Assembly (NCBI GenBank): GCA_964035545.1
Contig: OZ037771.1
Span: 12,709,133-12,773,132, forward strand
Length of the DNA: 64,000 bases
Source of the DNA: Bugula neritina
Lineage: Eukaryota; Animalia; Bryozoa
Direction of reading: 5' to 3'
The notes beneath the pieces were generated by a model. The model was not told where the DNA came from, searched no databases, and was given only the letters and a program-made list of their open reading frames with translations. Of this stretch, positions 54,163-64,000 are shown in pieces. Each line of letters begins with the position of its first letter. Positions within the stretch are counted from its first letter, which is position 1. Position numbers and translations under genes: made by a program.

Positions 54163-54741
54163 TGTCATAGGCATGTGACCCAAGCCATAGTCATGTGACA
54201 TGTGTCGTAGTCATGTGACGTGTGTCATAGTCATGTGACGTACGTCATAGTCATGTTAAATGCACTCATTGATATGTAGCTTTATTCACATTATTTACAG
54301 TTTTTATTTATTAAAATAAATTATTTATCATAAATATAAAAGATAATTCTTTTCTTTTGTTACAAATAAAAATAAAACATACTGTTTCAAGAATAAATAA
54401 TACATTTGCAATTAACATGAAAATATAAAAATACCTCCACTGTAAGCTGAACTAATGGGTGATATTAATACACAATTTTATTTAAAGTATAGTATATATT
54501 GCTAGCCTTCAGCCTACAAATTATTGACAGATGCCAGGAGAAAGTATATATAATAATACCAAAAACAGACATTTTTAAACTGTATACATTCTATTAGTCC
54601 CTTTGAACAACTATCGACTCTGGTAATTTCTTAATACCTTTTCATTTGCATGAAAATTCATATATCAGGCATTTAGTTTAATATGCCATGTGGTATAAAA
54701 GTGCCATTTCACGCCACTTTAGTTCCACAGCTCATAGCTAT

Positions 54742-57700
54742 TCATAGACTAGTATCTCGGGGCCTGATGGCTGTTTGCCGAGTCTCTTCCAACTCTATAA
54801 ATAGAAATAATCCTTTAGCATAAGTTTTACAAATGGAAGGAAGCCCACAAGGAACCCCAACTCTGAAATAATGGGAATGCCAGTTGCTAGAAAGCTGACC
54901 TGGGTAAAATGATGTCAGAGCGAGTCCAGTTTTATCAATTATGTAATCAAAGCTGGATATGGCTGCCACTGGGGACTTGCTGACTGTTATCTAAAACAGA
55001 GGTGAGATCTGGTGTAGATATAAGCTGAGAGTATCTATCATGTTTATACAGCTTACGGGAGGTTAGCAAACACTCTATCTAAGCAGCTGGGTGTGCAGAC
55101 ACATGCTACTAGCTGTCACACCAACCAGCTTCGTGACTACTACTACTATAACTATAACTACAACTAGTACTACTACTACAAAAACAACAACTACTACTAC
55201 TACAACTGCTGCTGTAGCAACTGCATCTGCAGCTACTGTTACAACTACAACTACTACTACAAATACTATCATAGCTACTACAATAACTATAACTATAAAT
55301 ACCATCATAGCTACTACTCCAACTATGACTACAAATACTATCATAGCTACTACAATAACTATAACTATAAATACCATCATAGCTACTACTCTAACTATAA
55401 CTACAAATACTATCATAGCTACTACTCCAACTATGACTACAAATACTATCATAGCTACTACTATAACTATGACTACAAATACTATCATAGCTACTACAAT
55501 AACTATAACTATAAATACCATCATAGCTACTACTCCAACTATAACTACAAATACTATCATAGCTACTACTCCAACTATGACTACAAATACTATCATAGCT
55601 ACTACTATAACTATAACTATAAATACTATCATAGCTACTACTCTAACTATAACTATAAATACTATCATAGCTACTACTCCAACTATGACTACAAATACTA
55701 TCATAGCTACTACTATAACTATAACTACAAATACTATCATAGCTACTACTCTAACTATAGTGTATCACTAATAATCGGTATTTTGTTATAAATTCCGTTA
55801 CTTCATAATTACATCCATGTCTCATTTGTTTCATCTTCAAGTTGGCCGTTTATGATAAGAACAAATAGAAGGAGAAAAATATAATAAAATAAATAATAAA
55901 ATATAAATAATGTACAACAAGCCCAAACAGACACCATACTCTGTTCTACAATATCTTTCTACTATATTATCATCAACCAATAAGCTGGGCATATATTCTA
56001 GCATATACTGTACCTTACGAGTGACATTGTCTTTATATTGAAGAGTCAGTCTTGTGTTTACTGTATGATACCAGGTGTTGCCCATAGCAACGGTTAACTG
56101 CCCCACACTACTTCTAGTTGCGTCTAATTTCTCAGTCTCTGAGCCACCACTGTCTGCATTCATGTCCCGCACTACGGTCTGAACCTGGTTGACCAGAACT
56201 ACCTACAAGTTACATATAATACTCTATATAATAATATAAGTTACATATAATACTCTATATAACAATATAAGTTACATATAATACTCTATATAACAATATA
56301 AGTTACATACCATAATGTGTATAATAATATAAGCTACATATAATACTCTATATAGTAATACAAGTTACATATAATACTCTATATAGTAATACAAGTTACA
56401 TATAATACTCTATATAGTAATACAAGTTACATATAATACTCTATATAGTAATACAAGTTACATATAATACTCTATATAGTAATACAAGTTACATATAATA
56501 CTCTATATAATAATACAAGTTACATATAATACTCTATATAGTAATACAAGTTACATATAATACTCTATATAATAATACAAGTTACATATAATACTCTATA
56601 TAATAATACAAGTTACATATAATACTCTATATAATAATACAAGTTACATATAATTATAGAACACCATTTTCCAATAACAAAACACTTTTCTGAAAGAGAT
56701 GATATATGCATATTATATAATATATCAACATAACATAAGGTATAATAAAATGCTATACTGAGATGATATAATATAAAAGTATAGCGACTTTCACTCACAG
56801 GCATCCCAAAACCCTCGGCTATCTCCTTCAACAAAGATGCTTGCTCGAGTAACACCTCGGATCTCGAAGAAAGTCGAGAGTCGAACTCCCGACGAATCAG
56901 AGAGGCTATAGAGTCGACTATCAACAGCTTTATGCCATGTTCTATTATCAGCTCCTGCAATCAGCATTATCAAGTCTATTTACTGTGGAAACTTACATCC
57001 ACAACTTGCTCAACCAGCTTTCATCTTTGAAATACTTTGCTTGGAGACCTTTGAAAGTCTCACACAGATTGAAGGATGTTAATAAGTTTTCTTAACAAAC
57101 ACCAAGCAAACCACGTTGCCAAAAAGACTAGAAACTTGTAGAATTCTGACTGGTAATCAGTAGAACAAATAGCCCCCAACATTCAATAGTCTAAACTCCT
57201 CAACCCTATTTATGAGAACACAACTTCTTTTATTAAAAAGGTAAAAACGTTGTACAGTTGTTGATAATTGCCCAACAATCTGACACATCATGTGTAAGTG
57301 ATAAGCATGTCTTTACTTGAACAGTGTGGGAGAGAAGATGATGGAGTGTGTCTGCTGTCGACACAGTGTGTAGGAATATTCTAGATGTACATTCAGAGAT
57401 CTCATCATCGGTGAGATTTGGAAACCTAGATGATGCAATCTCCCGGATTCTAAAGAAAATAATTTACAAACAATTACTTACTTCCACGTACTTACACATA
57501 CTTATAGCTTATTCAGACACGAGGAATTTTTGTTCGTTGGGTCAGACGATTGCCTAACTAACAGATATCGCACCTCTTCGTCGCGCCAACTGCAATAGTA
57601 GTGTATAGTTGCTTAGCAACAGTGCTTTTACTAGTAAAGTTGTTACTAGTTAAATTTAGCGATAACTAATTAAAAATGTTGCGTTAATAAAATAATTATA

Positions 57701-59710
57701 ATCAAGGCTGAAACCTTGCTGGGTCATGTTCCAACGAAATTTGGAAAAGTCGATCACGTGATCCAAAACGAACAAACTCTTCTACTGTCAGACCAATCAA
57801 AGGACGCTAGTCTGGCGCAATTGATGCAGTGGTTCAATCACGTGATCCAAAACTAACAAAATTTGCATTCGTCATGCCATTTTGGTCCGCTATTCGTCCA
57901 ATTCGTTGACTGTCTGAATAAGCTATTACTGACACACACCGAATACAACTTGCTATTCATAAGTTTTACGCCAAAACAACAAGTTTCTTCAAAAGAGTAC
58001 AATTTTGTTTCACAAATGCATCTAGTTTGTTGTACATGAAATGGTGATGTAATAGCAATATTACACTTTGAATAATTTTAAACGCTGATAGAGAATAAAA
58101 AATTCTTAAAATTCTAATATTCATTGACTCACTGCTATTAACCAATAAACTTTACTACAGATGAATCCTGCATTCAGTTATATAAACAGTTTGTATTTTA
58201 ATATTGTATTCTATACTATATTTAAAATGCATTATTAATATTATTTTTTTTTGTAATTTAGAAATATACAACTCAATACTTCAAGCTCCTACCTGCAAGC
58301 ACTGGCAGCACCTTCAGTATCTATGTATAGAGTACCTGCTGCCAAACCACCTGCATGCTGCGGTGCTGCCGCTAAAACTGACAGCTGGCAGCACATCTGG
58401 GTTTTCCCGGAACCTGAAGGACCTGCCAGCTGCAATAAAAAACATACGTCTTTTGGTGATGGAGTGCTATGAACCCGAGGGATGACAGTATATGTGGTGA
58501 CATATAACTAATACACTTATAATCAATATGATGATATATAATCAATAAGTTGATATATAATTAATATGATGATATATAATCAATATGGTGATATATATAG
58601 TCAATATGATGATATATAATCAATATGGTGATATAAAACCAATAATTATGGGGATATATAATTAATTGGCGATACACAATTTTAATATAGTAATAAAAAT
58701 TACTAGCATCAAGACTTGGTTTAACTTGCATTGTACATAAAGATATCTACAGTCACCAATAAGGGAAAATTAGCAAAACTCAAACCCCAAATTTCGAACA
58801 TCTATTAACATGATAAGTCAACAAGACTCCTTCAGTGTTTATTACTCAGAATGATTGAATTAAATTAAATGTTAAATTTATTTTAAGACTCCTGAGTTTT
58901 GCAGTTTAGTAAGACCTAAAAACTACACCAACATATCGAAAGTAAAACGAGTATACTCATGGAAGAAGTACATCTTACTATAAGCAAATTTGCTTACAAA
59001 CAGCTCATTTTATAATGTCAAAGACAAATGTTGCTTAGGAAAGTGTTCTCAGATGTAAAACAACATTCACAAAGACTGCTGAGGAGAGGGTGTCCGGTAT
59101 GACCTACCTCTGTGATGGTACCACTGGGTAGTCCACCAAGTAGAACCTGGTCTAACTCCTCCAGGCCTGTCCTCAACATGCTACCAGTAGTCGAGTTCAG
59201 CAAATCATAAAGCTAGCAAAAATTAAAACTTGCACACTTAGTAAGAGTGTAGGAGAATCGGAATAAACTAAATATATTATCATAAGATAAAATACATTGT
59301 AGTATACATGACAATATTTACTGATTTCTCCTTTTAAATTAAATTTAAGTATAAAAAAATGAATCCATCAGTTGTAAAATTGAACTGATATTAATATTTC
59401 AAACTGAATTTGTAACAAATGACACATCAGTTTGCAATTCACTCACCGTTGTGGAAGAAGGGGCAACAGATTTAGAGACAGCGTCGAGTAGCTCATTAGC
59501 GGTAGATATTGTGCCTATTCCAGGCATATTTATCAAATCAAATGGAGTAAGCCGAAGCACATCCTAAAAAGTTGAAATTGTAGGCAAACAAAAATCAATG
59601 CAGAAGAATATTTATTTCTGTTCAGAAAATAGCTAAATTCTTACCTTGGGCTGAAGGTGTTTCAACTGGTTTTGCAATCTTTTCATGTTGACAGCTTGTA
59701 ATAGCTCCAT
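54742..59710 (-). CDS. RAD51B: DNA repair protein RAD51 paralog, most like RAD51B
   Basis: Exons 59710-59645, 59563-59447, 59212-59108, 58429-58293, 57449-57317, 56954-56799, 56202-56014, 54990-54742; Walker A GPSGSGKTQ, YIDTE, EIASSRFP, Walker B KLLIVDSIASLIRREFD, AMGNTWYHTVNTRL, KSP. Confidence 0.9.
55135..55760. repeat. ACT/ATA triplet-based minisatellite in a RAD51B intron
   Basis: Repeating CTACAAATACTATCATAGCTACTAC... units; source of the spurious T/I-rich and V/I-rich ORFs. Confidence 0.92.
56203..56655. repeat. 31-bp minisatellite ending at a RAD51B acceptor
   Basis: Unit CAAGTTACATATAATACTCTATATAGTAATA, about 14 copies. Confidence 0.95.
57505..57925. mobile_element. MITE, probably PIF/Harbinger
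   Basis: 15-bp TIR TAGCTTATTCAGACA / TGTCTGAATAAGCTA flanked by TTA on both sides (a TA TSD reading is also possible). Confidence 0.8.
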
Positions 59711-61576
59711 TTTTAATGTATTGGAAATATGCTGCAAATAGTAAAGCTATGTAACCAACAATACAAAGATGTATGACACAGGCTTGTAATGACTGATTGC
59801 TAGTGGTAGTAACTCAGTTGGCATGTGTACTCAGACTGTGAGTGAGATTAAGAGAATCAGCAATAAGATTATGCATCATACTGTGATTCACTCACTGTGC
59901 ATTTTGTTCCTTCAACTACATACAAAACTTTTCACTGCTGGAAACGTTTTCTACTTAGCAGGAATTGTATCACAGTACAGTGAGTTTACGTATTGAAAAA
60001 ATATCTGGCAATGTCATACAACTACAAATTAGCCGGAATGAGACTAGCAATTATACATAATATTGATATGATGAAAGGTAAAATTTGTAATCTCTATTTC
60101 CATTTTATTTCGATTGAACAACTTTTCATAAAAAATAATTGTTCTATTTCTAGCCACAAATCATGCAAGAACCAGGTGAGCTTAATGGAATTTTCTCAAC
60201 TGTTATTGACAGCATGGTGCTTTCATATGCCCAAACATCCATTTCAAAATAAATCACAATCTGAGTGAGAATTTTTAAAAGTAGCACAGAATTACTACAA
60301 CTATTAGGATCACTATCAGTATCAGAGACACTGTTAGTTTTACTTTTAGTTTTACCGGACAGTGGCGCTTTTCTTCGTTTTGAAGCTGATAGTGATAGAT
60401 TTCGACTTATTAATTTGCCACGTGAGCCTTGAATGTGCTTGTTAGATCAGCATCAGTGTTTCTACCCGGTACATCATGCCTATGGCTGGTTTCTCCATAA
60501 TGATAATCACTTCATCTTCAGAGACTGTAGAAACTCAAACTGAAACTAGAAGTAGAATCAAAATGATATGCTGAGTTTCAGTCAGTTTCATATTGATATT
60601 CAGTTTCACATTGAATGATTGATATTTAATTTTATGAAGAATTAATAATTTATAACTTTAAATATTTATTTTGTAATAATAATAATAAAAATAATAATTT
60701 ACCTTTATTAAAAAATAAAATTATGAAACTCACAATGCAAATAAATTGAACCTCATTGCAAAAATGGTTACTCAGCACACTATACAGTCAGATAAACTCT
60801 TGAAACCCCAGACTTGGCGATTCACTGACAATAATTTTCTGCGTTCTGATTCTAATGTTTCTGGAGATTTTAATACTCCCGCCAGAATTGCGAGTTCTTT
60901 ATAAATGTCATTTTAGCCATTAGCGCGACGAGCCGTAGGGGATAACTCCGTACATCAACACGTTCTAAAATGTAGATTATAATTTTTAGTTATTTCAAGG
61001 CAATAATACTATTATCATGAAATAAATAAAAGTGGCTGCATAATATTATTGTGCTGTACATCACAATTTTTCAAAACTTTCAAATTTGAAAAGGATTCAC
61101 TTTATTTAAAGGCTTATAGTGTCATATAGGAATGGAGCAGATTTGACAAAGCATTGAATAATTTCTGAAACACCTCATTATATTACTCATTATTGATATA
61201 TTCAGATAATATATCTTAGCTAACATCTTCAGAATTTTTGAGAGGCTCAAACAGTTTTGTTTTTTGACAATCTCTTTTAAACATGTATTTTTTTAATTTG
61301 CATGGGATTTCAACCATTACTTTTGCTCAGTGTTTTACTTGACATTATTGTAGTTTTGTGCACTACTAATTAGGGTGTTACTGTGTGCTGTTAATTACAG
61401 CATATCCACTGTGAGGTCATGTGAAGAACCGAACCAGTTGAGCATTTAACAAGAGAACTGTATTGTCCATCAATTACGCACAATAAAAATCAAGTATAAG
61501 TATAAAAAAGAAAAGAGTATAATTTATAAAAAACATTACATATAGTTAATCTAGTTGTTTACTACTGTACTCTCAA

Positions 61577-61905
<329 letters not shown>

Positions 61906-64000
61906 TGGATTCTGATTGGATGAGATAAGGTTCCGGCGGTGTCATCGTGGAGAGTAACAGCGCGAAACGTGGAAATGCGGCCTGGCTTGCGGAGTTGTCA
62001 TCCTTGACGACATTTACACCATAATCTATAGAGTCATGTTTAGCACAGGACAGAGAGGGGTATAGTACTTCCCCTAACCATTACAACATAACACTTTATT
62101 GCTTAAATGTTGTTTTCATGCACACTTAACCAGAAAGTTGAAACAAATTCATGCAAGCCAAACATAATTGCACATAATCTGACAATCTGTTTAAATGCCA
62201 AGTTTGAACATCTTCAAAACTTATGTCTATAATGCGCATAGTTGCTAAATCATATAAACTATTTTTTTAGAATTGTTGTATGAATGACTAGCTCCAAAAC
62301 TTGTTACAATATTGTAGTCCTGAATTCTAGATTCATAAATCATCACAATAAATTGAATAAAATATAATTCAAATATTCACAGTAGCCTATATTTTACGAC
62401 TCTTTTTAATATATATTATCATAGATTCAAAGAAGTTAGAAATTATCTAATGTGCTGTTGAATATTGACTATTTCATAATTTTATTGCCTTTCTACACTT
62501 TTTAAACAAACTGCTATAGTTGTGTAAATTGCTAAAAATTATACTTGCATGATTGTAGTCTGTAGATTTCCAGTAATATTTCATAGCACCCTTTAGAAGT
62601 TTCTGCATCATAGTATAAATTTAACTAAGTTGGTTGCATAATTTGTATTTTATTCAACAGAATGGAAGTAACTAGTAAGCATCAAAAATTCATACAAAAA
62701 GTGCAAATTCTTTTATTTTAAGTTATTTACATATCTCTATTTTATTTAGGTACAGTAATTTGCATTGTATATGTTTTATTACCACCCAAGGCATAGTTAA
62801 AAATATTTATACTTCCGAGTCTAGAACTATAATAATATTACTTCTTTCTAGTTATATTGATAGAGTTATTTTCTTAATCAGTTTGATATCTTGCTGGAGC
62901 TGCATGCAGTCTAAATCAGTCTTTATCGTAAAACAGATTTAGCTCAACGATATATAATTCAGTGAAGACTATGAATGACCTACAGAAGTGGAGGTCAAAC
63001 TAACAGACGAGCTTGTTAGGCTATTTTTAGACCTGCGAGTTTGCCACACCGTTTTTCAACTTTGCTGGGTTTGCACCACTACATTACTGATTACTCATAT
63101 ACAATTCGAAAAGCTCAAGATGAGTATAAAAAGAAAAGGTTAGTCATTTAAATTTGCCGATACTGAGTGACAGCAGGTATTTAACAAATTGAAATTCAAA
63201 TTGCAAGACCGAGGCGATGTGAACGAAATTGAAATTAAATAATAAAATATGAAAAATCAATCACATTGCCAATGGACCAGGACTTAAAGTTGCTGTTAGA
63301 CGATCACGATAATAAATAAATTAATGAAAATGATCATACCTAATACCGGTATACTGATAATCATAATGATATTCATGCTACTATTAGTATTACTAATACT
63401 AATAGTAATAGTAATACTAATACTAATGCTAATAGTAATAGTACTATCTATCAGTATCTAATATCTAAGACTAATACTAATAGTATTGCTATTAGTATTA
63501 GTATTAGTCTTAGATACTAGAAGTAAAACTAAAAGTAGATAGGTCATAATCAATATCATAACTATATTCATATTGATCTAATAAATATAATATTAATAAT
63601 TATTTGTCTATCAATATTCATGTTGATCTTTTCAATTTCTTTATTTTATTATAATATATAAACCACAGACAATAACTATAACTGAGTATAATATTATTAT
63701 AAGTATAAGTGAATAATTATACCTTTAAACACCTTTAAAACTATCGAACACTCCGAAACATTTATGATTTAAGGTTATAGAAGTGACTAATTTGTTTTAC
63801 AGTGTGGCATTTGTTTGACTACAAATTTACTGAAATTGTGTTAACTATTTTGTATATGCTCCCTCTGGTGTCTATAATAGTTCTTAGTAAGAAACTATCA
63901 TCTTTTTATTAGGAAAATATCTTTAGTTCCAGTTTAATTTAAAAAGACTACTATTAGTGAAGGAAACGAGAAATTTTTGACCGGTGACCCTGGTTAAGGA

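Noticed and set aside
55075-55771. Mucin-like and hydrophobic ORFs
   Set aside because: Triplet-based repeat within a RAD51B intron.
60355-60530. Exon-like segment on the minus strand upstream of RAD51B
   Set aside because: Stops in all frames; may be a 5' UTR exon but cannot be supported without transcripts.

Overview
AT-rich, intron-containing eukaryotic DNA from an invertebrate animal (the taxon cannot be fixed from sequence alone). Seven recognisable spliced genes were reconstructed by hand with in-frame exons: FPGT (+, first exon not found), RPL8 (+), GAS8/DRC4 (-), OFD1 (+), SPCS2 (-), IFT81 (+) and RAD51B (-). There is also a 3-exon unrecognised single-pass membrane gene (+) and a probable unprocessed pseudogene. 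Three ciliary genes (GAS8, OFD1, IFT81) lie within about 27 kb, and GAS8/OFD1 and SPCS2/IFT81 are head-to-head pairs. Non-coding highlights: a type I hammerhead ribozyme (15753-15807) next to a 48-bp perfect inverted repeat and (TA)n tracts (Penelope-like/retrozyme architecture); an H/ACA snoRNA in RPL8 intron 3; three non-autonomous DNA transposons; a tRNA-derived SINE family; a GC-AG intron in IFT81; and a recurring pattern of minisatellites anchored on splice sites, some with the GT/AG inactivated in the expanded copies. Most long ORFs in the supplied track are repeat artefacts.
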